A stretch of 45,172 nucleotides of DNA from Elusimicrobiota bacterium (GTDB lineage: Bacteria > Elusimicrobiota > Endomicrobiia > CG1-02-37-114 > JAHJSO01): the NCBI GenBank assembly GCA_043826435.1, contig JBDRQF010000045.1, forward strand, positions 1-45,172, in the 5' to 3' direction. Every line of letters starts with the position of its first letter. Positions within the stretch are counted from its first letter, which is position 1. Shown here piece by piece: positions 27,877 through 35,717 of this stretch. Position numbers and translations under genes: made by a program. The notes under the pieces are model-generated. The model saw nothing but the letters and a program-made list of their open reading frames with translations. It was not told the origin of the DNA and made no database searches.

Positions 27877-29055
27877 TTAACGCAGGGACGTCCAAATCCT
27901 TGGCACACGCGGATGAATGTTGCAGGTCACCTCATAGTTTATCGTTTCGCACAACCCTGCTATCTCTTCAATGCTAATTGCGTCCGGCCTCGCTGACCCG
28001 ACCCTGACGCCGGAAAGGCCTGCCACCGTTACCTCATCTCCTGGCACGACCGGAGGGATACCTGTAACGTCTATCATGCTCATATCCATCGTTATCCTGC
28101 CGACGACAGGCGCCCTCCTGCCCTTTATAAGTACGCATCCCTTGTTTGAAAGTTTCCTGCTGTAGCCGTCCCCGTAGCCGACGGGTATCGTGGCGATAAT
28201 GGACGGGCGTTTTGTCACAAAAGTCCCGCCGTAACTTATCCTGGCTCCTGCGGGCACCCTCTTTATAAAGACGACCTTTGTCTTCCATGAGAGCGCGGGT
28301 TTCGTCCGCAGGACACTGTCTGAACCGGGAAAAGGCAACAGCCCGTAGAGACACAACCCAGGCCTGACCATTGAATAATGCGACTCCGGGAATTTAATTA
28401 TCGCCGAAGAACTGGCTGCATGAAACTCTATGCCATTGAAACGCATGCCCTTTATCGCGCTCGCTCCTTCTTTTACGGCGCCCACGACCCCGTCAAACAG
28501 GCGAATCTGCTCTTTCGTGAAAGCGTCGTCTGAATCAGCCGCCGCGAAGTGGGTAAAAACCCCTTCAAGACGGACGTTCCTGCATTCCTCCATATTCCTT
28601 AAAAACCCTTTGACCGCGTCGGGAGATATGCCTATCCTGCCCATACCGGTATCAACCTTTAAATGGAAAGGCGCCACCCTGTTTAATTTCCGGGCATACC
28701 CGTCAAGGACCTTCAGCCCCAACACGCTTGCTACCGTAGGCACAAGCGAGTGCTTCAGCACTTCCTTAAAACTCTCAAAGGGATAAAGCGTCCCCAGAAT
28801 CAAAACCGGGGATTTTATCTTTGCCCGCCTGATACTTATACCCTCCTCAACCGAACTCACGCCGAGAAAAACCACCCTTGACGGCTGTGACTTAATGCAG
28901 GCGCGCGCCACCTCAACAAGCCCGTGACCGTAGGCATTCGCCTTGACCACGGCCATGACTTTCGTCCGGCGGGAGATGAAACCCGCCACCTTCGTAACAT
29001 TGTGTTTTATGTTGTCAAGTGAAACCTCAACCCATACAGGCCTTGAAAAATTCAT
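27877..29055 (-). CDS. alr: Alanine racemase
   Basis: AVVKANAYGHG, HLKVDTGMGRIG, VRPGL, GYGDGY, GRITMD. Confidence 0.95.
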   Translation of the reverse strand: MNFSRPVWVEVSLDNIKHNVTKVAGFISRRTKVMAVVKANAYGHGLVEVARACIKSQPSRVVFLGVSSVEEGISIRRAKIKSPVLILGTLYPFESFKEVLKHSLVPTVASVLGLKVLDGYARKLNRVAPFHLKVDTGMGRIGISPDAVKGFLRNMEECRNVRLEGVFTHFAAADSDDAFTKEQIRLFDGVVGAVKEGASAIKGMRFNGIEFHAASSSAIIKFPESHYSMVRPGLCLYGLLPFPGSDSVLRTKPALSWKTKVVFIKRVPAGARISYGGTFVTKRPSIIATIPVGYGDGYSRKLSNKGCVLIKGRRAPVVGRITMDMSMIDVTGIPPVVPGDEVTVAGLSGVRVGSARPDAISIEEIAGLCETINYEVTCNIHPRVPRIWTSLR

Positions 29056-30413
29056 TGCGCCCCGCCCTTTTCCAATCTTTCAAACTTGGTAAACTCCTTG
29101 AAAAACTTCATCTCAATCTCGTCCGTGGGTCCGTTACGTTGTTTCGCCACTATGATCTTCGCCTTGCCCTCAAGGTCCTTGTCGTAGGCTTTATACATCT
29201 CTTCCCTGTATATAAACACCACAAGGTCTGCGTCCTGTTCAAGCGCCCCCGACTCCCTCAAATCGGACAACTGCGGCCGCCCGTCCCTGCCGCGTTCCTC
29301 GGGCCTCCTGGAGAGTTGCGAAACGGCTATGACTGGTATGTTAAGGTCTTTTGCAAGTTCCTTAAGGCCCCTGGATATTTCAGAAATCTCCTGCTGCCTG
29401 TTTTCAAACCTTGAACCGCCCTTGAGCAACTGCAGATAGTCAATAACAATCATTGAAAGCGTCTGTTCTTTCGCCCTTAAATCTGAAAAGAGCCTCCTGG
29501 CTCTGGTGCGGATTTCAAGCACGCTTAAATTTGATGAATCGTCAATGTAAATCGGCGCGTTATATATCTTGTCCGCCGTCGTAGTGATTACAGGCCATGA
29601 TTTTTTTGATATTATCCCCTGACGCACCTCGTGGGAATTAACCCACGCCTCCGAGCAGACCATCCTGAACATCAGTTCCTGCTGGGACATTTCAAGAGAA
29701 AAAATACCGACGGGCTTCTTGTGTTTCATGGCAATACTGGCGGCTACGTTCATACAGAAGGACGTCTTGCCCATCCCGGGCCTGCCCGCTATTATAACAA
29801 GATTTGACGGCTGGAAACCGGATGTCAATGCGTCCAGTTCGGCAAAACCGCTCGGCACGCCGATAACCGCCTTCCTGTCCGTCATAAGGGATTCTATCCT
29901 CTCAAGGATAAGCGGCACGAGGGTCTTCGGCGTTGAGAACCCGCGGTTATCCCCCGCCTGCGAGATTGCAAAAATTTCCTTTTCGGCGCTGTCAATCAAA
30001 TCGGAAACGTCGTTACTGCCCTTGTATGCGGCTTCGGCTATTGACGTGCCTGCGCGGATTAATTCCCTCAATAATGACTTTTCCCTAACAATCCTGGCGT
30101 AATGTTCCACGTTCGCTGCGGTTGAAACGGAGTTTATTAATGCGGCGACGTACCCCACCCCGCCGACGTCTTGTAGTATCTTTTCCTTCTTAAGTTCCTC
30201 GGTTACGCTGATGGTATCAACGGGAAAGTTCTCAACGTAAAGTTTTTTTATCACCCCGAATATACGCCTGTGGGCATCGCGGTAAAAATGGCGGTCGTCC
30301 AGAATTTCAAGGCACCTCTCTATCGCCTCCTTCTCAATAATCATACAACCCAGCACAGCCATTTCCGCCTCAATGGAATGCGGTATTACTTTGTCGGGAA
30401 TTATTTCAACCAT
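29052..30413 (-). CDS. dnaB: Replicative DNA helicase
   Basis: PHSIEAE, GRPGMGKT, FSLEMS, IDYLQL, SQLSR, SDLRESGALEQDAD, KQRNGPT; GAGGTG RBS before MVEIIP. Confidence 0.97.
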   Translation of the reverse strand: MVEIIPDKVIPHSIEAEMAVLGCMIIEKEAIERCLEILDDRHFYRDAHRRIFGVIKKLYVENFPVDTISVTEELKKEKILQDVGGVGYVAALINSVSTAANVEHYARIVREKSLLRELIRAGTSIAEAAYKGSNDVSDLIDSAEKEIFAISQAGDNRGFSTPKTLVPLILERIESLMTDRKAVIGVPSGFAELDALTSGFQPSNLVIIAGRPGMGKTSFCMNVAASIAMKHKKPVGIFSLEMSQQELMFRMVCSEAWVNSHEVRQGIISKKSWPVITTTADKIYNAPIYIDDSSNLSVLEIRTRARRLFSDLRAKEQTLSMIVIDYLQLLKGGSRFENRQQEISEISRGLKELAKDLNIPVIAVSQLSRRPEERGRDGRPQLSDLRESGALEQDADLVVFIYREEMYKAYDKDLEGKAKIIVAKQRNGPTDEIEMKFFKEFTKFERLEKGGAQ

Positions 30414-30447
30414 AATTGTAACACCTCTCACCGTGGGGTTCAAGAAG

Positions 30448-30613
30448 TAACTATTCAGTTACCCATGTGTTGTCATTGCGAGCCCCGAAGGGGCGTGGCA
30501 ATCTCATTTTACTGTCATTGCGAGCCCCGAAGGGGCGTGGCAATCTGTCTTCAAAGTAGAGATTGCTTCGTCGCTAACGCTCCTCGCAATGACACCTTTC
30601 AGTAAATAGTTGC
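30448..30613. mobile_element. Composite MITE-like repeat cluster: GTAACTATTCAG end, two direct and one inverted GTCATTGCGAG element, degenerate inverted end
   Basis: GTAACTATTCAG at 30448; TGTCATTGCGAGCCCCGAAGGGGCGTGGCAATCT at 30471 and 30513; GAGATTGCTTCGTCGCTAACGCTCCTCGCAATGACA at 30559-30594; TAAATAGTTGC at about 30603. Confidence 0.7.
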
Positions 30614-30615
30614 GT

Positions 30616-31083
30616 TCAGGACTCAACAACCCAGACCTTAATCTTCACGTTTTCAAAAACCTGCCCGGGGAATTTTTCTGACCGCAGTTTAACGTCAACG
30701 AAATAAACGCCTGTTTCCTTAAACGGTTCATCCAGCAGGATGTCGTGCTTGTCAATCTGCATCCCCGTCTCTTTATTCAGCACGTCGGATATGTCCTCTT
30801 TGGTAATGCTGCCGAAGAGTTTTCCCGTTTCACCCGTTTTTGCACCTATGTTAACGGAAACCTTTCTAAGTTTGTCAACTGTATCTTTCATTTTGAGCCG
30901 CTCCTGTTCTATCCTGTTCAGGAGGAGATCCTTTTCCCTCTGCACAATCTTCAGGTTTTCGGGCGTAGCAGGAAGAACCAGTTTTTTCGGCAATAAATAA
31001 TTCTTGAAATACCCCGGCTTTACCTCTTTTATGTCCCCTTCCTGACCCAATTTATCAACCTTTTGTTTCAGTATTACTTTCAT
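30616..31083 (-). CDS. rplI: 50S ribosomal protein L9
   Basis: MKVILKQ...LGQEGDIKEVKPGYFKNYLLP, GKLFGSIT; GGAGG RBS. Confidence 0.95.
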   Translation of the reverse strand: MKVILKQKVDKLGQEGDIKEVKPGYFKNYLLPKKLVLPATPENLKIVQREKDLLLNRIEQERLKMKDTVDKLRKVSVNIGAKTGETGKLFGSITKEDISDVLNKETGMQIDKHDILLDEPFKETGVYFVDVKLRSEKFPGQVFENVKIKVWVVES

Positions 31084-31114
31084 TTTGGATCCTCCGGTTG
31101 TCGCACCAACACCC

Positions 31115-31163
31115 GTGCAATATTTAACACAGGGATGTGCGAATGTGTGCCGAAAAGTTGCAT
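31115..31163. repeat. ~48-bp GTGCAA...TTGCA(C/T) intergenic element, copy 1 (inverted relative to the others)
   Basis: GTGCAATATTTAACACAGGG...GTTGCAT; reverse complement aligns with 36943, 38293 and 38393. Confidence 0.6.
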
Positions 31164-31169
31164 TCCTCG

Positions 31170-31457
31170 TCAATAGGTATATGTAAAGGGCAACATAGCA
31201 AGAATCCTTGCGCGTTTCATCGCCTGCGAAAGGAACCTCTGGTGCTTGGCGCAATTCCCGCTAATTCTGCTGGGAATCAGCTTCCCCCTTTCCGTAATAT
31301 ATTGCCTCAACAAGTTTACGTTCTTGTAGTCAATGTCCGTCTTGTCAGCGCAAAACCTGCACACCTTTCTGCGGAATTTTCTCATCCTGCCGCCTTCCCG
31401 CCTGCCCTTAAAAGACGACCCGCCTTTTCCTTTTGGTTTTGGTTTGCCTTTATACAT
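31170..31457 (-). CDS. rpsR: 30S ribosomal protein S18 (with basic N-terminal extension)
   Basis: [35 protein letters not shown]. Confidence 0.96.
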   Translation of the reverse strand: MYKGKPKPKGKGGSSFKGRREGGRMRKFRRKVCRFCADKTDIDYKNVNLLRQYITERGKLIPSRISGNCAKHQRFLSQAMKRARILAMLPFTYTY

Positions 31458-31508
31458 CTCTATTGCCTCCTGTCATTCTGAACCCCGCCCCCGCACCAGT
31501 ATCGCCTC

Positions 31509-31979
31509 TCAAAACGGCACTTCGTCCTCAGACACGGGCGACTTATTTTCCTCCGTCTCAGTCCCCTGCCACTTCGTTCCTTCCTGAATAACGTCCGCCT
31601 CGCCCTCACCATCCGGCACTGCGTCTTTTGTTTCCACTTTCAGAAACTGCACGCGTGACGCGACCACCTCAAGCACCTTCCTCGTTACGCCGTCCTTCCC
31701 TTCCCATGAGTGCGACTTCAGTTTGCCTTCAACGTAAACGGGGTCGCCTTTCTTCAACCTCTGGCTGCAAATCTCGGCGAGGTTTCTCCATGTCGCCACG
31801 GGCACGAAAGACGTCTCGTCCTGCCAGTTCCCGGAAACGTCCTTGAATCTCCTGTTGACCGCTATGTCAAACCGGCAGGCAGGCGTCCCTTTGCTTGTGT
31901 ATTTCTTCTCGGCGTCCCTCGTAAGCCGGCCTATTAAACTTACATTGTTGTGTTCGGGTAATCTGATTTTTTGTGTCAT
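31509..31979 (-). CDS. ssb: Single-stranded DNA-binding protein
   Basis: LIGRLTRD, FDIAVNRR, VYVEGKL, acidic tail EDEVPF. Confidence 0.96.
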   Translation of the reverse strand: MTQKIRLPEHNNVSLIGRLTRDAEKKYTSKGTPACRFDIAVNRRFKDVSGNWQDETSFVPVATWRNLAEICSQRLKKGDPVYVEGKLKSHSWEGKDGVTRKVLEVVASRVQFLKVETKDAVPDGEGEADVIQEGTKWQGTETEENKSPVSEDEVPF

Positions 31980-32377
31980 TGCTGTCCCTCGTTTGGTTTA
32001 ACGGCGGGCATCTGCTGTTCCGGATCTCCCGGACTATCCGCTTTTTCGGCACCCTTTTTGTTTTTGGGTTTACCGGTTTTTCTGACTGCGGTTTCTTTCC
32101 TCACCGTCAGGAACCTGAAGATTCCTTCGTTCATCCTGTAAAAATTTTCAATCTTGGAAACCAAGTCGGAAGGCGCCGTAAAATCAATGAAAACGTAAAC
32201 GCCTTCTCTCTGCCCGCTTACAGGATAGGCGAATTTCCTTTTCCCCCAGTTGTCAAAAGCAATTATCTGTCCTTCTGCCTGGGTGATGATTGATTTGACC
32301 TTGTCGGCAATCGCAGAGACATCGTCGGCGGGTAAAACGGGTGAACAAACATAGATAGTTTCGTACCTATTCATCAA
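31976..32377 (-). CDS. rpsF: 30S ribosomal protein S6
   Basis: RYETIYV, WGKRKFAYPV, EGVY; in rpsF-ssb-rpsR-rplI order. Confidence 0.94.
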   Translation of the reverse strand: MMNRYETIYVCSPVLPADDVSAIADKVKSIITQAEGQIIAFDNWGKRKFAYPVSGQREGVYVFIDFTAPSDLVSKIENFYRMNEGIFRFLTVRKETAVRKTGKPKNKKGAEKADSPGDPEQQMPAVKPNEGQQ

Positions 32378-32480
32378 ACTCCTCCTTTTTGGATTTTGGT
32401 TGTTCCTTTTAAGACAACCCTTAAGCCCCTCTTTGTTTGGATTGTTCCGTGCGGAGCAAAGGAGACCACAATCTGCTGTT

Positions 32481-32510
32481 ATTTTACCATTTTTTCGGGA
32501 TGTATGTCAA
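32481..32510 (-). promoter_or_regulatory. Sigma70-type promoter of the rpsF operon
   Basis: TTGACA-N18-TAAAAT with extended -10 TG. Confidence 0.7.
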
Positions 32511-32603
32511 TAGGTAGGTTAGGTATACCTTAACTTTTTTCTTGCTTTGGCGGGGTTCAGGTTGAGGAATTTGGTTTTGTTCATTTTCATATTGGATAGA
32601 TTT

Positions 32604-33119
32604 TTATTTATCACTATCCTTAATAAAGCCAATCCTGTGTTTTGGTTTTCCCGGTGTACCCAGTAGCCCTTTCAGGATTTCAAATATGCGTTTTATCTGG
32701 TGGTCATGTTCCTGAATTTTACGCAATATATCTTTATGCGTTGCTAATACACGCCTCAGTTTTATGAAAGCACGAATTATTTGAATATTGACCTGAATTG
32801 CTCTTTTACTTCTAAGTACACTTGATAACATTGCTATGCCGTGTTCTGTAAAAGCATATGGCAACTTACGGGTGCCACCCCAACTTGATGTGCCAAATTG
32901 GCACTTCAAGTTATCAAACTCTTCTTTTGTCAGTCGGAACATGAAATCGGCAGGGAATCTCTCAATATTCCTGCGGAGCTGTCTCGTTAACTGCCTTGTT
33001 TGAACTCCATAAAGTTTTGCTATGTCCCTATCAAGCATTACTTTCTGTCGCCTTATTAAGAGGATTTTGTTTTCTATTACTTCCTGAGGTATCAGAGATA
33101 ATCTTGTTTTAGGGTTCAT
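32604..33119 (-). CDS. ORF6N (KilA-N-like) domain DNA-binding protein
   Basis: IRRQKVMLDRDIAKLYGV, RNIERFPADFMF, PYAFTEHGIAMLSSVLRS, IIRAF, IGF. Confidence 0.92.
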   Translation of the reverse strand: MNPKTRLSLIPQEVIENKILLIRRQKVMLDRDIAKLYGVQTRQLTRQLRRNIERFPADFMFRLTKEEFDNLKCQFGTSSWGGTRKLPYAFTEHGIAMLSSVLRSKRAIQVNIQIIRAFIKLRRVLATHKDILRKIQEHDHQIKRIFEILKGLLGTPGKPKHRIGFIKDSDK

Positions 33120-33298
33120 TTTTTACCTAAACTACTACCTAATGTTTGTGCGTTTAGATAGTAAGACGTTAGCGACCATTTGGTGTCTGTCTCACGGGAT
33201 AAAAATAAAATCTCACTTGCATAAATGTTTGTTGAAAAAGCAAATCCAATTATCAGAATATGAAATACTATAAGTGTTTTTTGAAATATCTTAAACAT
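33116..33298 (-). pseudogene. Short signal-peptide ORF, probably the truncated start of a secreted protein
   Basis: Signal peptide ending IYA/S then only about 33 aa; lies directly below the riboswitch. Confidence 0.45.
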
Positions 33299-33357
33299 TT
33301 CAGAACGCCCCCAATGTTAACAACACTAGTTCATCCATAAAACCTTTACTGCCTCCA

Positions 33358-33397
33358 AATAAAAAACCACACTGTGCTTTTTTCACAAGTGTGGCTC
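33358..33397 (-). terminator. Intrinsic terminator (riboswitch expression platform)
   Basis: CCACACTTGTG-AAAAAAG-CACAGTGTGG hairpin followed by a T run on the minus strand. Confidence 0.8.
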
Positions 33398-33404
33398 TAA
33401 TGTT

Positions 33405-33485
33405 TTCTTTTGCACCCCAGCCGAGCATTTTTATGGCTCCTGTGGCTCCGCACCCTCACTTTACAGCAGGGCTACCTATTTAATA
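33405..33485 (-). ncRNA. Divergent c-di-GMP-I (GEMM-I)-like riboswitch aptamer
   Basis: GGTAGCCC..GTAA..GGGTGCGGAGCCACAGGAGC..GCTCGGCTGGGGTGC follows the GEMM layout (GNRA-capped P2, GCxxAGCC junction, P3); sits between a promoter and a terminator. Confidence 0.55.
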
Positions 33486-33531
33486 AGTCCTATATGTTCA
33501 CAGTAGGTCTGACTCCTTTCATCGCATCATA

Positions 33532-33560
33532 ATTATATAACATTATTTAAGAGTTGTCAA
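33532..33560 (-). promoter_or_regulatory. Consensus sigma70 promoter driving the riboswitch leader
   Basis: TTGACA (33560-33555) - N17 - TATAAT (33537-33532). Confidence 0.85.
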
Positions 33561-33944
33561 GGAGGGGTGTGGTTTCGGGTGACGGGGATATCGCGGCGGA
33601 ATGCTCGTAGCATGGCCTGATGCGTGAACCTGAACCAACGGCAGATCAAAATGTTTCAGCCAGTTCTCCACCCGTAAAGCATTTTCAAATCCAAGTGTTT
33701 TGATAACTATTCTTCTATACTCGTTGTATAAAGGATAATTTCTATTTATAGAATAGATTTTAAGATTCCCTCTTACATAACTTTTCAAAATCCCTTCTGT
33801 TTCCAATTCTCTAATTTTCTTAATAAGGTTCCTTTTATCAAGAACAAGTTTTCTTGATAATTCATTTACATAGAAACCATCTTTCGGATTAATAAAGAAA
33901 TAATTTAACAGTTTTCTTGTTATCCCGGATTTTAAAGATATCAT
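33543..33944 (-). pseudogene. Chimeric remnant: winged-HTH N-terminus (as in HTH-nucleotidyltransferase antitoxins) fused to an RNase J/MBL-like C-terminal scrap
   Basis: LLNYFFINP...YVNELSRKL...LETEGIL...GNLKIYSIN...YPLYNEY, then VENWLKHFDLPLVQVHASGHA, then read-through of the GC-rich repeat. Confidence 0.6.
33571..33601. repeat. 31-bp direct repeat, left copy
   Basis: GGTTTCGGGTGACGGGGATATCGCGGCGGAA identical to 34558-34588. Confidence 0.9.
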
Positions 33945-33958
33945 AAGCCATTTCCTTG

Positions 33959-33989
33959 TATTACACCGATGGGTGTAATATATTACACC
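33959..33989. promoter_or_regulatory. Operator-like triple half-site palindrome
   Basis: TATTACACC-GATG-GGTGTAATA-TATTACACC just upstream of the wHTH gene. Confidence 0.65.
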
Positions 33990-34041
33990 TGTTTTACCAA
34001 TAAAACCATGAATAACAAAAACTTTTTAAGTTACAGCCCCA

Positions 34042-34080
34042 CCCGATTATACAATTTTTTGTGCGGTGAAGTCAATCGGG
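34042..34080 (-). promoter_or_regulatory. Sigma70 promoter bracketed by a CCCGATT/AATCGGG inverted repeat
   Basis: TTGACT-N18-TATAAT. Confidence 0.6.
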
Positions 34081-34096
34081 CTTAATCGCAACACAT

Positions 34097-34432
34097 TCAT
34101 TTTATATCTAAAAGCACCCTTGTATTCAGGGCTTTCGCTATATTCTTTAATGTAATAATGGAAATATTCTCCCGGCCGCTTTCTATCCGTGAAATCAACT
34201 GCTGGGACACTTTCAGTTTTTTGGCAAACTGTTTTTGTGTTAACCCTTTTTGATTCCTTATGCCCTTAATTCTGTCGCCGATACTTTTACACAGTTCGTC
34301 AATGGCTGCGGGTTTTTTCTTGTTGTTATTTATTTGGGTGAAGTTTCTTTCAGATTTAATTATAGACATGAGGACATTTTCCCTCGCATTTTGAAACTTT
34401 TGAAGACAAAAACAGAGTAAAATTTGGTGCAA
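34097..34432 (-). CDS. XRE-family HTH protein (start uncertain, possibly a fragment)
   Basis: IGDRIKGIRNQKGLTQKQFAKKLKVSQQLISRIESGRENISIITLKNIAKAL. Confidence 0.75.
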   Translation of the reverse strand: MHQILLCFCLQKFQNARENVLMSIIKSERNFTQINNNKKKPAAIDELCKSIGDRIKGIRNQKGLTQKQFAKKLKVSQQLISRIESGRENISIITLKNIAKALNTRVLLDIK

Positions 34433-34557
34433 ATTCCTTATGCATTACCTTAAGTTTTAACTCTTGTAATCCGATTTTCATCTCCATCCTGTTATATGTC
34501 CTGTACCATCTTATTAAGCCGGGGATGGGGCGGTTCGGGGTGTCTCAGGCGATAAGC

Positions 34558-34588
34558 GGTTTCGGGTGACGGGGATATCGCGGCGGAA
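34558..34588. repeat. 31-bp direct repeat, right copy
   Basis: Identical to 33571-33601; about 55 bp downstream of the ychF stop. Confidence 0.9.
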
Positions 34589-34643
34589 AGCAGGTTAGAC
34601 GATGCGAGGTTTGGACAAGACGGCGCGTGGCTGGGCGCTGCTC

Positions 34644-35717
34644 TCATCCCTGTTGGAACTTTATCTTTATTATGTCGCCGTCCTGGACGGCGTATTCTTT
34701 CCCGACGGTTTTAATGAGGCCATGTTCAGCCAGCGCCTTTTCAGAGCCAACCTTTTCAATCTGGCTGAATCCGTAAACATCGGCCTTTATGAAGCCCTTT
34801 TCCATGTCGGAGTGAATCTTCCCTGCGGCCTGCCGGACGCCCATGCCGGACGGCACGCTCCAGGCGCTGACCTCGGTGCCGACCACCGTGTAGAAGGTTA
34901 TCAGGTCGAGCAGGCGGGACGCCATGCGGACCATCTCCGGGATTTGCGTTTCATAGCGGAACTCCCTGCAGAAATCCCCCCTCTCCGACGGGTCAATCCT
35001 GTTGAGTTCATATTCCATCTGGACGTTCATCATGATAAAGTCGGATTTTTTAATCTCCCTGACGAACCTTCCGGTTTCAGGGTCTGTTTGCGGGGCGTCA
35101 TCGTCGGTATTGAAAACGTACAATGTCTTTTTAAAAGTAAGGAAGTTGTATTCTGATAAGGATTGAGCGTCAAGGCCGGGTGCATCCCTCAAAGGGACGC
35201 CCGTATTGAGGACCTCGTACGCCTTTTGTAAAATATCCGATTTTATTTTTGCTTCTTTCAGCCCGCACCGCGCCTGCCCCTGAAATTTCTCACGGGCGTT
35301 GTTCAACTGCTCAATGTCGGAGAGTATCATCTCCGTCTCAATAATCTCTATTTCTTCGCGCGGGTTGATGCCTGTTATGGAGTTTGCAACCCTGTCGTTC
35401 TTAAACGCCCTGACGACCTGCAGGACTGCGTTAACGTCCCTTATGTGCGAAAGGAATTTGTTGCCGAGCCCCTGACCCGTGTGAGCGCCCTTAACCAGTC
35501 CCGCGATGTCAACGAATTTTATGGCGGCGCGCCTGACCTTCTCCGGTTTGAAAATTTCAACCAGTTTATCAAGGCGCACATCCGTAACCGCCGCAATGCC
35601 GGTGTTCGGTTCTATCGTCGTAAAAGGGAATACGTCCGCGGGGACGTTCTGCGATGTGAGCGCATTAAAAAGGGTTGACTTGCCTACGTTCGGAAGACCT
35701 GCTATTCCTATTTCCAT
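34644..35717 (-). CDS. ychF: Redox-regulated ATPase YchF
   Basis: GLPNVGKSTLFNALT, FPFTTIEPN, DIAGLVKGA, GLGNKFL, AAGKIHSD, TGS domain. Confidence 0.93.
   Translation of the reverse strand: MEIGIAGLPNVGKSTLFNALTSQNVPADVFPFTTIEPNTGIAAVTDVRLDKLVEIFKPEKVRRAAIKFVDIAGLVKGAHTGQGLGNKFLSHIRDVNAVLQVVRAFKNDRVANSITGINPREEIEIIETEMILSDIEQLNNAREKFQGQARCGLKEAKIKSDILQKAYEVLNTGVPLRDAPGLDAQSLSEYNFLTFKKTLYVFNTDDDAPQTDPETGRFVREIKKSDFIMMNVQMEYELNRIDPSERGDFCREFRYETQIPEMVRMASRLLDLITFYTVVGTEVSAWSVPSGMGVRQAAGKIHSDMEKGFIKADVYGFSQIEKVGSEKALAEHGLIKTVGKEYAVQDGDIIKIKFQQG

Noticed and set aside
31478..32560. 12-bp inverted repeat CTGAACCCCGCC / GGCGGGGTTCAG flanking ssb-rpsF as an invertible segment
   Set aside because: Short and probably scraps of a dispersed repeat; gene order is canonical and no recombinase is nearby
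34644..35717. Altered nucleotide specificity of YchF (G4 region reads NTDD)
   Set aside because: This motif is variable in the family and a single sequence cannot support a functional claim
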